NCBI GenBank assembly: GCA_945865905.1
Contig: CAMBFC010000002.1
Coordinates: 119,505 to 183,504, forward strand
Direction of reading: 5' to 3'
DNA: 64,000 nucleotides
DNA from: Rickettsia typhi
Lineage (GTDB): Bacteria > Pseudomonadota > Alphaproteobacteria > Rickettsiales > UBA1997
Position 1 is the first letter of the stretch, and every line of letters begins with the position of its first letter. Below the pieces are notes generated by a model. That model had not been told where the DNA came from, ran no database searches, and was given only the letters and a program-made list of their open reading frames with translations. This document shows positions 1 to 9,797 of this stretch, piece after piece. Position numbers and translations under genes: made by a program.

Positions 1-213
1 AAGCGGTCTTGATACATCATAAACGCAATTTTCAGCCGCATTATTAGAGGTGATTTCTAGAGTTTGGGTATCATATTCACCAAAATCATCAGCTTCAATA
101 CAGCCCTGATCAGAACAAGAAGATATAAAAAACAAAATAAATAAAACAGCAGACAGGGTCTTAAGGCAGCAAAACAGGCTATTTCCAGCACTCACTAACT
201 TTTTAAGTAGCAT
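1..213 (-). CDS. virB6: 5' part of a Rickettsiales-type VirB6 (RvhB6) T4SS protein; runs off the window start
   Basis: Not in the ORF track. Manual translation from ATG at 213: MLLKKLVSAGNSLFCCLKTLSAVLFILFFISSCSDQGCIEADDFGEYD..., a lipoprotein-like signal followed by the CI(D/E)xDDFG motif typical of RvhB6 N-termini. Confidence 0.7.
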   Translation of the reverse strand, partial: MLLKKLVSAGNSLFCCLKTLSAVLFILFFISSCSDQGCIEADDFGEYDTQTLEITSNNAAENCVYDVSRPL

Positions 214-218
214 AATAA

Positions 219-1226
219 TTAATTCTTCAACGCATTTTGAATTATCATCGCAACTCTTTTTGTTTCTTGCAACTTTTTTGCTGAAAAATTGTCTAATAGG
301 CAAGTTGTTTTATCAATTTTTTTTGCATAATTTTGAAAAATCAATTCTTGATGAAATTTTTTATGTTTCATAGAGGAAATATTTTTTTCATCAAAAATAT
401 ATACTGGTTTGCCCGTAGAGCACACTTCAGAGATCATCGAAACCGAATCTCCTGTGACAATAAAAAAATCGCTGAAGCCTACAATCGCTAAATAAGGATT
501 TTCTCCATCTTTTATTTCTTTCCAATTGAAAAATTTATAATCACCATGAAGAGCTGATTTTATTGCTCTTGTAACAATAGAGGAGGTTCTTCGGCTGTTT
601 AAAATTAATAATTTTGCGTTCATGTTTTTAGCAATTTCGCAAGATTTTTTGATTAATTTTATTGCTGATTCTTTGGTAAACTTGGTGCTTTTTGAATCGC
701 CCCCAATCAAAACTGCAACTTTAGTTTTTTTATAATCGCGAAACCATGAATCAAATTTTTCGCATTCTGCTGCAATTGATTGTTCATTGGTTTTTGTTAG
801 AGATCCTAGGGTGCGAATAATATTTTTGTGAATATTGATAATTTTATCATGAAAAGGCAGAACAATAAAATCGAACTTTTTATGTAAAGATTCGGGATTC
901 ATGATTTGCACAATTTTGCTACGATTTTGCGATTGTTTTTTGATGTAAAGCGCGACTGGCGCAGATCTTCGTCCTGCAGATATTATTAGTTTGGGAAAAT
1001 AGCCAAAATTTTGTAATTTAATTTTAGTTTCTTGCGTTATTCCGAACAAAGAAGTTCTTAAAATAAAGTTAGGCAAAAAAGAAAAAAATCCATAAGAAAT
1101 ATTAACAATGCGCGATTCGAAACCGATTTCATTGGCAAGACCTATGGCTTGAGAGTAGTTTCCGGGACGATTATCAACTAAAATCCAGATTTCGTCTTTG
1201 ATATTTTGTTGCATTTTTTCGCTCAT
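219..1226 (-). CDS. Mitochondrial-fission ELM1 family protein (DUF1022-like)
   Basis: Motifs LIISAGRR, VQIMNP, VAVLIGG, NSRRT, NPYLAIVGFSDFFIVTGDSVSMISE. Confidence 0.85.
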   Translation of the reverse strand: MSEKMQQNIKDEIWILVDNRPGNYSQAIGLANEIGFESRIVNISYGFFSFLPNFILRTSLFGITQETKIKLQNFGYFPKLIISAGRRSAPVALYIKKQSQNRSKIVQIMNPESLHKKFDFIVLPFHDKIINIHKNIIRTLGSLTKTNEQSIAAECEKFDSWFRDYKKTKVAVLIGGDSKSTKFTKESAIKLIKKSCEIAKNMNAKLLILNSRRTSSIVTRAIKSALHGDYKFFNWKEIKDGENPYLAIVGFSDFFIVTGDSVSMISEVCSTGKPVYIFDEKNISSMKHKKFHQELIFQNYAKKIDKTTCLLDNFSAKKLQETKRVAMIIQNALKN

Positions 1227-1258
1227 TTTATTACAGAATTTTAGTGCTTTAAATAAAA

Positions 1259-1759
1259 TTAAGCGGTCTTAATTTTTGTTTTGAGCTTTTTTACTACAGC
1301 AGGCGAAACAAATTTTGTAACATCGCCACCAAGACGCGCCACCTCTTTAACAAACTTAGATGCGATAAAATGATTATTTTCTGAAGCTGGCAAAAATATC
1401 GTTTGAATATTGGGATTTAATTTTGCGTTCATGCCAAACATTTGAAATTCATATTCAAAATCAGAGACGGCGCGAAGTCCACGAATGATTAGTCTTGCGC
1501 TTTTTTTAGCAGCAAAATCAACCAATAATCCCTCAAAATGCTCAACTGAAATTTTGGTATCGCCACCTAAATTTGCCACTTCATTCTTCACTAGCTCTAC
1601 TCTCTCAGCCAAGCTAAATAAAGGGTTCTTCGCTGTATCTTTAGCAACCGCAATTATCAAATGATCGACAATTTCACTAGCGCGCTTGATAATATCAAGG
1701 TGACCGAAGGTAATTGGATCGAAAGTTCCCGGATAGATTGCAATTTTTGTTTTATTCAT
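1259..1759 (-). CDS. coaD: Phosphopantetheine adenylyltransferase
   Basis: AIYPGTFDPITFGHLDII, IRGLRAVSDFEYEFQM. Confidence 0.97.
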   Translation of the reverse strand: MNKTKIAIYPGTFDPITFGHLDIIKRASEIVDHLIIAVAKDTAKNPLFSLAERVELVKNEVANLGGDTKISVEHFEGLLVDFAAKKSARLIIRGLRAVSDFEYEFQMFGMNAKLNPNIQTIFLPASENNHFIASKFVKEVARLGGDVTKFVSPAVVKKLKTKIKTA

Positions 1760-1798
1760 AAGAATATAGTTTGATAATTATCAAGAATCTCATTATGA

Positions 1799-2263
1799 AT
1801 GAAAATCACAATTATTTCAATCGGTAAATTTGAAAATTCTCCCCATCGCCTTGCTTTTGAAAATTATCTTAAGCGGATGAAATGGGATATTGAACTTAAA
1901 GAGCTTGAATTAAAAAATGCTCACAATTTATCAGTTGATAAAATTAAAGAAGGTGAAGGAAAATTAATTGCCAAAGCAATCAAATCAGGATCTTTGGTCA
2001 TTGCTCTTGATGAAAAAGGCAAAGAATTTACCAGTCAAAATTTTGCAAAATTAATTGCTGATTTTGCGGTAAAAGGAGATTCGCATTTAACATTTTTAAT
2101 TGGTGGCGCCAACGGCCTATCTAGTGATATTGTTGGTGAAGCTAAATTAAAAATTGCACTTGGATTAATGACATTTCCACATTTAATGGTGCGCACAATG
2201 TTGATGGAGCAGCTTTATCGGGCACAATCAATTATTGCTGGGCACCCTTATCATAAAGAATAA
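1799..2263 (+). CDS. rlmH: 23S rRNA (pseudouridine-1915-N3)-methyltransferase
   Basis: IALDEKGK, FLIGGANG, MTFPHLMVRTMLMEQLYRA...GHPYHK. Confidence 0.95.
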   Translation: MKITIISIGKFENSPHRLAFENYLKRMKWDIELKELELKNAHNLSVDKIKEGEGKLIAKAIKSGSLVIALDEKGKEFTSQNFAKLIADFAVKGDSHLTFLIGGANGLSSDIVGEAKLKIALGLMTFPHLMVRTMLMEQLYRAQSIIAGHPYHKE

Positions 2264-2266
2264 ATT

Positions 2267-2824
2267 ATGCTAAATAAACAAAAAATTTCTGAGATTATCC
2301 GCGTAAATCACGCTGGTGAATTTGGCGCCAAAGTTATTTATGATGGACAAATCGCCGCATTAAAATTAAAGCGCGACCATGCTAGCGTTAAACTGGTGCA
2401 ACATATGAAAGATCAAGAAGTTGTTCATTTTGATTATTTTAACAAAGAAATTTCTGCGCAAAAAATTCGTCCAACGGTGATGCAACCTTTGTGGAAAATT
2501 GGTGGATTTGCTTTGGGATTTGTAACTGGTTTATTAGATAAAAGAGCTGCAATGTGCTGCACTACGGCAGTTGAAGAGGTAATTGATGAGCATTATCAGC
2601 AACAACTAGATTTAATCACCAAAGAGGAAATAAATTTAAGTAACAACGAGCGTGACAAAATTTCTACTCTAAAAAATAAAATTGAAAAATTTCGTGAAGA
2701 AGAATTAGAGCATCGTGACATTGGCTATGAAAATAAAGCAGCCGATCTGCCTTATTTTAAGCCACTCTCGGCATTAGTAAAATTATCTACAAAATTTGCA
2801 ATTGCGGTTTCAAAAAGAATTTAG
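2267..2824 (+). CDS. coq7: Demethoxyubiquinone hydroxylase (Coq7, di-iron)
   Basis: IIRVNHAGEFGA, EVVH, AVEEVIDEHY, FREEELEHRD. Confidence 0.93.
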   Translation: MLNKQKISEIIRVNHAGEFGAKVIYDGQIAALKLKRDHASVKLVQHMKDQEVVHFDYFNKEISAQKIRPTVMQPLWKIGGFALGFVTGLLDKRAAMCCTTAVEEVIDEHYQQQLDLITKEEINLSNNERDKISTLKNKIEKFREEELEHRDIGYENKAADLPYFKPLSALVKLSTKFAIAVSKRI

Positions 2825-2877
2825 TTTTGATATGCTTCGATAATTTATTGTGATTTTTGAACCTACAATCATCTTCG

Positions 2878-3444
2878 CTATTTCGCCTTCACATTTTTGA
2901 TCATAAACGGCACTTGCGAAATTGTAAAAATCATCGAAATTGGAAAAACACCAAATAACTTAAAATTTACCCAAAAATCAGTGGGAAAATTGCGCCAGAT
3001 AAATTCATTTAAGATGGCTAAGAAAATAAAAAACAATCCCCAACGCAAAGATAAAATTAGCCAAGCGCGATCATCCATTTTTATGCTTTCACCAAACAAA
3101 TGCTTGATTAAAGGTTTTTTGGTAAAATAGCCGTAGAACAGCACAATCGCAAATAAAGAATTGATTAAAGTTGGCTTAATTTTAATGAATAAATCATCGC
3201 CCGAAATTAGCGTTAAACCACCAAAAATTCCTAAAATTATTGCAGAAATTAGCGGCATTTTCGCAATTTTCTTGGTTAAAATATAAGCAATTATTAACGC
3301 AACAAAACTAGAAACTAAAAGGCATAGAGTTGCTGGCAGCAATGGATCTGGCGCGGTAGAAAATTTATAGACAATGATAAAAATTATCAGCGGAAAATAA
3401 TCGCATAAAAATTTTGACCAATTTTCTTTTGATTTATTCTGCAT
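2878..3444 (-). CDS. yciB: Inner-membrane septation protein A (YciB/IspZ)
   Basis: DYFPLIIF, FIKIKPT, WVNFKLFG. Start reassigned to ATG 3444 (MQNKSKENW). Confidence 0.9.
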   Translation of the reverse strand: MQNKSKENWSKFLCDYFPLIIFIIVYKFSTAPDPLLPATLCLLVSSFVALIIAYILTKKIAKMPLISAIILGIFGGLTLISGDDLFIKIKPTLINSLFAIVLFYGYFTKKPLIKHLFGESIKMDDRAWLILSLRWGLFFIFLAILNEFIWRNFPTDFWVNFKLFGVFPISMIFTISQVPFMIKNVKAK

Positions 3445-4066
3445 CTTTTTTTGGTTGATCGTTATTGGTGGCACAGCTTGCGGCACCTTCGTTGGCAGCA
3501 CTAAATTTAAGTAAAGAAACGGTATATTGCAAAGCGGCTTCATTAAATTTTAATAAAAAAGCTATTTTTTTATTGCCCGATTTAAAATCACGAGGAATAT
3601 TTATTATTCTCACCCCACCAGTTTTCATACCTATAATTTTTTGCTCGAGTAAAGAGTTAGAGTTGCTGCCGATGATTAGATTTTCTTTTGTAACAAATTC
3701 AAGCGAGCTATTGCTGCCAAAGACGCGAACATCATAAGAAATTTCGGCCAAATCACCGCATTTTAATTGTTCATCTCCAGAACCTGATGCATAATCTTGA
3801 GCCGTAATAACGCTAAAGCTTTGCGATGGATCTTCTCCGGTGCCAAGCTCTTTGCCGCTCATTTGTTTAGCTCTATCAATATTAGATAAAATAAAATTAC
3901 TTTTTTCATGAATTTCGCTAAAATTTTCTTTTATATTTTGAGAAGATAGTCGGTTGCCCAAACTATCTGGATCTTGTTTATTAGAAAATAATCCAAAATA
4001 CATCACGAGCATCAGGCCAATAATTTTTACTAATGGTCTGCGCAATAGCTCCATTATTGTTTTCAT
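3434..4066 (-). CDS. Membrane-anchored FKBP-fold protein, degenerate PPIase
   Basis: N-terminal TM, then GDLAEISY...IGMKTGGVRIINIP...LQYTVSLL matching the FKBP pattern. Confidence 0.65.
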   Translation of the reverse strand: MKTIMELLRRPLVKIIGLMLVMYFGLFSNKQDPDSLGNRLSSQNIKENFSEIHEKSNFILSNIDRAKQMSGKELGTGEDPSQSFSVITAQDYASGSGDEQLKCGDLAEISYDVRVFGSNSSLEFVTKENLIIGSNSNSLLEQKIIGMKTGGVRIINIPRDFKSGNKKIAFLLKFNEAALQYTVSLLKFSAANEGAASCATNNDQPKKDAE

Positions 4067-4683
4067 AAGGTAGTTGAATTAATATTAAAACCTTCTCCTT
4101 CGCGCAAAATTGTAATCTTGTCGTCAATTTTTATTACCGCGGAAGGATTTTTTTTCTCACAAATTCCACCATCAATTAACAGATCAATTTCATTAAAATT
4201 AAAATATTTTTTTACTTGATCAGCTGAAATTGGCGCTTCAAACCCAGAAATATTAGCACTTGTTACCGCCATCACTCCACCAAAATTTTTTAATAATTCA
4301 GCGATAAACTTTTTCTCAACAATTCTGAATCCCAAAAACTTATCACCATTATTAAGATTAGAGGCTAATGTTATCAAGGGCTTGCGGCGTTTTTTTAAAA
4401 CTAAAGTTAGAGGAATTTCTAAGAATTTTTTTGCAAATTTTCTGGCCTCATAATTAAATGTAAAAATTTTTTTTGCCATTGATAAATTTGGTAAAAAAAT
4501 TGCAATTGGCTTATTTTTATCACGCTTTTTAACGAGATAAAGTTGCTCTATAGCCTTATAATTAGAGGCATCAACCGCAACTCCATAAACGGTATCTGCA
4601 GCAAAAGAAATAATTTTTCCTGCGCGCAAAAAATCAACTGCAAGAGAAATAGCCTGAGGATCTTTTTCAGAAATTATTTTCAT
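4063..4683 (-). CDS. tsaC: L-threonylcarbamoyladenylate synthase (Sua5/TsaC)
   Basis: DTVYG, KKRDKNKP, TSANISG, LLIDGG. Start taken at ATG 4683. Confidence 0.92.
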   Translation of the reverse strand: MKIISEKDPQAISLAVDFLRAGKIISFAADTVYGVAVDASNYKAIEQLYLVKKRDKNKPIAIFLPNLSMAKKIFTFNYEARKFAKKFLEIPLTLVLKKRRKPLITLASNLNNGDKFLGFRIVEKKFIAELLKNFGGVMAVTSANISGFEAPISADQVKKYFNFNEIDLLIDGGICEKKNPSAVIKIDDKITILREGEGFNINSTTL

Positions 4684-4710
4684 ATTTTTATTTAGCACTA
4701 ATTTCAAAAG

Positions 4711-5370
4711 CTATTTTGAGCCAGCATTTATAACATCTCGCACTGGGCCAAAAGTTTTGCGATGAAACTGACAAATTCCAAACTCTTTAATTCTATCAAC
4801 ATGAAATTTAGTTGGATAGCCTGCATTTTTATCGAAGCCAAATTGAGGATATTTTTGATGTATTTCTAGCATAATTTCATCACGCGTTTCTTTGGCTATA
4901 ATAGATGCTGCAGCGATTGATAGGCTTTTTTGATCACCCTTTACAATCGGTAAAATTTCTTGAATTATACCATTTTTTTTAAAAGGCACAAAGTTTCCAT
5001 CAACCAAAATTATCTGCGGAAAAATTGCGCTTTTTATACAAAAATCTTCATACGCCTTAAACATAGCTAATTTTGTAGCCTGAAGAATATTTATCTCATC
5101 AATAATTTTTTCGTCAACCACTCCAACACCAAATTTTATGCGCTGTTTTAGATGCAAAAAAATTCCCTTTCTTTTTGTCGCAGAAATTTTTTTTGAATCG
5201 TTGATTTTGCCACAAATTTCATCGCTTAAAAAAGTTGAATCTAAAAAAGCACAAGCAGCAACAACTGGCCCAGCAAGAGGCCCCCTGCCCGCTTCATCAA
5301 TTCCTACCACACATAAATTTTTATATGATTTTTCAATATCATAATTGGGAATAAATTTTAACCTTTGCAT
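4711..5370 (-). CDS. rnhB: Ribonuclease HII
   Basis: GIDEAGRGPLAGPVVA, DSKK, LVDGN, KGDQKSLSIAAASIIAK, GYPT...HRKTF. Confidence 0.97.
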   Translation of the reverse strand: MQRLKFIPNYDIEKSYKNLCVVGIDEAGRGPLAGPVVAACAFLDSTFLSDEICGKINDSKKISATKRKGIFLHLKQRIKFGVGVVDEKIIDEINILQATKLAMFKAYEDFCIKSAIFPQIILVDGNFVPFKKNGIIQEILPIVKGDQKSLSIAAASIIAKETRDEIMLEIHQKYPQFGFDKNAGYPTKFHVDRIKEFGICQFHRKTFGPVRDVINAGSK

Positions 5371-5445
5371 TCGTAAATTGAGTAATTAATATAAATGAAG
5401 TCTATTTGTTTTTTTTCATTTTTATAAATAATTTTTAAAAAATAT

Positions 5446-6285
5446 ATGTTTCTTAATTCAAAGTTTGGCAAACCCTCAATAGTTAAGCCAGTTATTATTG
5501 CTGTCGCTATTCTTTTAGTTATTGGCGGCGCTTATTCTATGTTTGGTAAAAAATCTGAAAATAAAGAAGGCGCAGAACAGCCAGCCGTTCAATCAAGCGG
5601 ACTTGATAAAGATCAAAAAATTCACACCGTTGCAGATGTTGAAGAAGTTTTGGTAAAATGGGTTGATGCTAATCCACAAGCAATCATCAATTCTGTTAGC
5701 AATATGCAGCGCAAAGCAATGGAAGATCAAGCTAAAGTTGCACAAAAAAACATCGGGCCAAAAAAAGATGAATTATTCAATGACAAAAACTCTCCCTCTT
5801 ACTCTCCAAAAGGATTTAACGCTACTGTAGTTGAATTTTTTGATTATAATTGCGGCTATTGCAAAAAAACTAATCCAGTTATTGAAGCTTTGATTAAAGC
5901 TGATTCAAAGGTTAGAATCATATATAAAGAATTTCCAATTTTAGGTCAAGCATCAGAAGATATTTCATCGGTTGCTTTGGCGGTTAACATCATCGAACCA
6001 TCTTCTTACAAAAAAGTTCATGATGCTTTAATGAACTCAAATGCTACAAACAAAGAAGAGGCAATCAAAATTGCTGCTAGCGCTGGCGTTAGTGCTTCTA
6101 AAATTGAAAGCGCTCTTAAATCACAAAAAGATAAAATCACTTCTATAATCACAGCTAATCGCGCTTTGGGTGCGGCAATCGGTGTTAATGGAACCCCTGG
6201 ATTTGTGGTTGGAGATGAATTAATCCCTGGCGCAATTTCAGTTGAAATGTTGCAACAAAAAATTGCTGAACAACGCAAAAAATAA
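5446..6285 (+). CDS. DsbA-family thiol-disulfide oxidoreductase (Com1-like)
   Basis: EFFDYNCGYCKK (CxxC), KEFPILG, GVNGTPGFVVG; N-terminal anchor. Confidence 0.9.
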   Translation: MFLNSKFGKPSIVKPVIIAVAILLVIGGAYSMFGKKSENKEGAEQPAVQSSGLDKDQKIHTVADVEEVLVKWVDANPQAIINSVSNMQRKAMEDQAKVAQKNIGPKKDELFNDKNSPSYSPKGFNATVVEFFDYNCGYCKKTNPVIEALIKADSKVRIIYKEFPILGQASEDISSVALAVNIIEPSSYKKVHDALMNSNATNKEEAIKIAASAGVSASKIESALKSQKDKITSIITANRALGAAIGVNGTPGFVVGDELIPGAISVEMLQQKIAEQRKK

Positions 6286-6296
6286 TTGAATTTTCA

Positions 6297-6327
6297 GCGG
6301 GGCTTTAATTTTTAAGGCCCCGCTTTT
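6297..6327 (+). terminator. Intrinsic terminator after the DsbA gene
   Basis: gcggggctt-taattttt-aaggccccgc stem followed by tttt. Confidence 0.8.
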
Positions 6328-6350
6328 ACTCTACCCACATCACAATTTAA

Positions 6351-7655
6351 ATGCCTCTCGACATCTTCAGCCACGCTGAACAAGAACTTCTCTCTCCTGA
6401 ACAAAAGCTCGTAATTCAAGAAATATCTCAAGGATCAAACATCTTAGTTACTGGTGGAGCCGGCACAGGAAAATCTTTTTTGCTCAATTATTTAAAACGC
6501 CATTATGGCAAGCTTGGCTTGGCGGTTACTGCCAGCACAGGAATCGCTGCGGTTAATATTGGCGGTAGCACAATTCATTCTTGGGCAGGAATCGGCCTTG
6601 CTAATCTTCCTATCGATCAAATTATTGCTAATTTATTTAGTGGCAAAATGAGCAAAATCAGGCGTCGTATCAAAGAAACGCGTATTTTAGCTATTGATGA
6701 AATATCAATGATTTCGGCTAATTTATTTGATATTCTCGATCAAGTTCTTCGTGCTGTTCGTGAAAATAATCAACCTTTTGGAGGCTTGCAAATACTGCTT
6801 TTTGGCGATTTTTTGCAACTTGCCCCTATCACCAGATATGGCGATGAAGAACAAAGTTTTTGCTTCACCTCACAAAGTTGGAAAAATCTTGATTTGCAAA
6901 CTTTTATTCTCCAAGAAATTTTTCGCCAACATGATAAAAAATTCATCAAAATTTTAAATAATTTACGCTTTGGAAATTTAGATGAAGATGATGTAGAGCA
7001 GCTAAATTTAAGGCTCAAAGCCAATGATGATAATCTGACAATTAAACCAACTATCCTCACTAGTCACAATGCTAAGGCGGCGCAAATTAACGAATTTGAA
7101 CTAAAAAAAATCCCCCGCGAAGAAAAATCTTTTGAAGCAAAATATTTTGGCGAAATAAACAAAGTTGAATTATTGCGCAAAAATTGTCTAGCGGTCGAAA
7201 GCCTAAAACTAAAGGTTGGAGCACAGGTTATGATGATAAAAAATACCTTTCAAAAAGAAGGAATTATCAATGGATCTCTTGGCGTGGTGCAAGATTTTTC
7301 ACCAAAAAAGTTTTATCCAATTGTTGAATTTTCTAATGGAAAAATTCTTACTATTGCACCAGAAGAATGGATTATTGATAGATTTGATCATGATACAAAG
7401 CAAGTTGTGACCGAGGCCGCAGCAACACAAATTCCACTGATTTTATCTTGGGCGATCACAATTCACAAATCACAGGGCCTAACATTGGATAAAATTTCTT
7501 GCGATTTATCTAATATTTTTAGCGCTGGGCAGGCCTATGTGGCGCTATCTCGCGCTAGATCGCTTGATAGTGTTTTTATTAGTTCAATTGATTTCAAAAA
7601 AATCATAACCAATCAAGATGCTATACAGTTTTATAGCCATACCAGATTAAAATAG
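6351..7655 (+). CDS. Pif1-family 5'-3' DNA helicase (SF1B)
   Basis: TGGAGTGKS, ASTGIAAVNIGGSTIHSW, IDEISM, PFGGLQILLFGDFLQL, FRQHD...LNNLRFG, QIPLILSWAITIHKSQGLTL, GQAYVALSR. Confidence 0.9.
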   Translation: MPLDIFSHAEQELLSPEQKLVIQEISQGSNILVTGGAGTGKSFLLNYLKRHYGKLGLAVTASTGIAAVNIGGSTIHSWAGIGLANLPIDQIIANLFSGKMSKIRRRIKETRILAIDEISMISANLFDILDQVLRAVRENNQPFGGLQILLFGDFLQLAPITRYGDEEQSFCFTSQSWKNLDLQTFILQEIFRQHDKKFIKILNNLRFGNLDEDDVEQLNLRLKANDDNLTIKPTILTSHNAKAAQINEFELKKIPREEKSFEAKYFGEINKVELLRKNCLAVESLKLKVGAQVMMIKNTFQKEGIINGSLGVVQDFSPKKFYPIVEFSNGKILTIAPEEWIIDRFDHDTKQVVTEAAATQIPLILSWAITIHKSQGLTLDKISCDLSNIFSAGQAYVALSRARSLDSVFISSIDFKKIITNQDAIQFYSHTRLK

Positions 7656-8552
7656 ATGAGGTATTTTTCTAAACTATCCAATAATTCCAAGGCTATATTT
7701 TTTGCCATTTTAACCTGTTTCTTGGTTTCGATCCTTATAGCAATTGTTCGCCATTTATCAGGGCACTTTCATGTGTTTTTTATTGTGATGATGCGCAATT
7801 TTTTTGCCTTTGCTTTTTTTATTCCACTAATGATCAAAAACCCGCGCCAATTGTTTAAAACTAAAAAAATACATTTGCATTTTTTGCGCAATTTAAATGG
7901 CTTGGTGGCAATGCTTATATGGTTCTACACCATTACATTAATTCCGCTGCCAGAAGCAGTTTCTTTTACTTTTATTGTGCCAATTATTACAACCTTAGCG
8001 GCAATGTTTTTTTTAAAAGAAAAAGTTCATGCTAGAGTTTGGACCGCTCTGGCAATAGGTCTAATTGGCATTATCGTTATTATTCGCCCCGGATTTCATG
8101 AATTTAAACTGGCTTATTTATTAGCAATTATTACAACATTTTTATGGTCAATTTCTAATATTTTAGTCAAGATGATGACCGACACTGATAAGCCCGAAAC
8201 CATTGTTGCCTATATGTCTTTCATCATGTTAGTTTTATCAATTCCGCTTGGAATTATGCATCCTGCCAGCATGAATTTTTCTGATATTTTTTGGTTGGCG
8301 ATGCTGGGGCTTTTCTCAAATCTATCTCATATGGCAATGTCTACCGCCTATTCAAAAGTTGATTTATCTGTGGTGCAGCCCTTTGATTTTACTCGCTTAA
8401 TCTTTACCTCAATCATCTCTTATTTTGTCTTTGGCGAATCTTTAGACTTTTGGTCAGGATTTGGAGCCTTAATAATATTGTTCGGAACAATTTTCGTTGC
8501 CCCTAAGAGAAAAAGAAAATATGATCCACTAACAAAAAACAATGAGGTTTAG
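7656..8552 (+). CDS. DMT/EamA family transporter
   Basis: About 10 TM segments with two EamA halves; IIIRPG, VVQPFDFTRLIF. Confidence 0.85.
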   Translation: MRYFSKLSNNSKAIFFAILTCFLVSILIAIVRHLSGHFHVFFIVMMRNFFAFAFFIPLMIKNPRQLFKTKKIHLHFLRNLNGLVAMLIWFYTITLIPLPEAVSFTFIVPIITTLAAMFFLKEKVHARVWTALAIGLIGIIVIIRPGFHEFKLAYLLAIITTFLWSISNILVKMMTDTDKPETIVAYMSFIMLVLSIPLGIMHPASMNFSDIFWLAMLGLFSNLSHMAMSTAYSKVDLSVVQPFDFTRLIFTSIISYFVFGESLDFWSGFGALIILFGTIFVAPKRKRKYDPLTKNNEV

Positions 8553-8613
8553 AGATTTTATATTGAATTAATAAAATTCAAAACTCTCTGAATCTTAACA
8601 AATATTATTTTAA

Positions 8614-9792
8614 ATGAATTATAGCGAGTTATTTCACAACTCAATAAACAAATTACGCGATGAAAATCGCTATCGTCAATTTGTCAACATTTCTCGCCTA
8701 AAGGGCAATTTTCCTTACGCCACCAATAATCACAATAGTCGCAAAATCACATTATGGTGCTCCAACGATTATCTTGGTATGGGGCAAAATGAAGATGCAA
8801 TTAACGCTGCAATTAACGCACTAAAAGACTATGGGGTTGGATCTGGAGGCACTCGTAATATTTCTGGCAACAATAATTTATTAGTTAAGTTAGAAAAAAC
8901 AGTCTCATCTTTGCATAAAAAAGAAAACGCTCTCTGCTTTGTTTCTGGCTATGTTGCCAATGATGCAACCATTCAGGCTTTGGCCAAAATTATTCCTGAT
9001 TTGGTTGTTTTTTCTGATGCCAAAAATCACGCATCAATCATCAGCGGCATTAGAAACAGCAAGCTTGAGAAACATATTTTTCGTCACAACGATGTTGAGC
9101 ATCTCGAAGAATTACTGCAAAAATTTACAACAGAAAAACCAAAAATAATCATCTTTGAATCAGTCTATTCAATGGATGGTGACTTTGGAAAAATTAGTGA
9201 AATTGCCGCTCTTGCTAAAAAATATAATGCCTTAACTTATGTTGATGAAGTTCATGCTGTTGGGCTTTATGGCAATACTGGCGGCGGTTTATGTGAAGAA
9301 CTTGGTCTTGAATCTCAAATTGATATAATTCAAGGAACCTTTGCCAAGGCTTATGGCTGCATAGGCGGATACATTACTGGCAAACAAGAAATTATCGATG
9401 CGGTGCGGCTGCATGCCGCTGGATTTATTTTTACAACCTCACTTCCGCCCTCTATTTGCGCCTCTATAATCACTAATATTAATCACTTAAAATCAAGCTC
9501 TAAAGAAAGAAAAATTCATCAAGAAAAAGTTGCTACATTAAAAAATGAGCTAAAAAAAGCTGGGATAAGAATCGTTGAGAACCAATCGCACATAGTATCC
9601 ATAGTAATTGGTGATGCAAAAAAAGCTGAAGAAATTTCAGCGCAGTTACTCAAAGATTTTGATATTTATGTACAACATATTAATTATCCAACAGTGGCAA
9701 AAGGCGATGAGCGCCTAAGAATAACAGTCACACCACTGCATAGTGATGAAATGATTTTGGGATTATTGAAGGCACTAAAAGCAAGCTTCTAA
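8614..9792 (+). CDS. hemA: 5-aminolevulinate synthase
   Basis: WCSNDYLGM, GSGGTRNISG, DEVHAVGLYG, GTFAKAYG (PLP lysine), INYPTV...ERLRIT. Confidence 0.97.
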   Translation: MNYSELFHNSINKLRDENRYRQFVNISRLKGNFPYATNNHNSRKITLWCSNDYLGMGQNEDAINAAINALKDYGVGSGGTRNISGNNNLLVKLEKTVSSLHKKENALCFVSGYVANDATIQALAKIIPDLVVFSDAKNHASIISGIRNSKLEKHIFRHNDVEHLEELLQKFTTEKPKIIIFESVYSMDGDFGKISEIAALAKKYNALTYVDEVHAVGLYGNTGGGLCEELGLESQIDIIQGTFAKAYGCIGGYITGKQEIIDAVRLHAAGFIFTTSLPPSICASIITNINHLKSSSKERKIHQEKVATLKNELKKAGIRIVENQSHIVSIVIGDAKKAEEISAQLLKDFDIYVQHINYPTVAKGDERLRITVTPLHSDEMILGLLKALKASF

Positions 9793-9797
9793 ACAAA

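Noticed and set aside
219-1226. Plant mitochondrial-fission ELM1 homologue as a eukaryotic gene transfer
   Set aside because: The family is widespread in Alphaproteobacteria, so vertical inheritance suffices.
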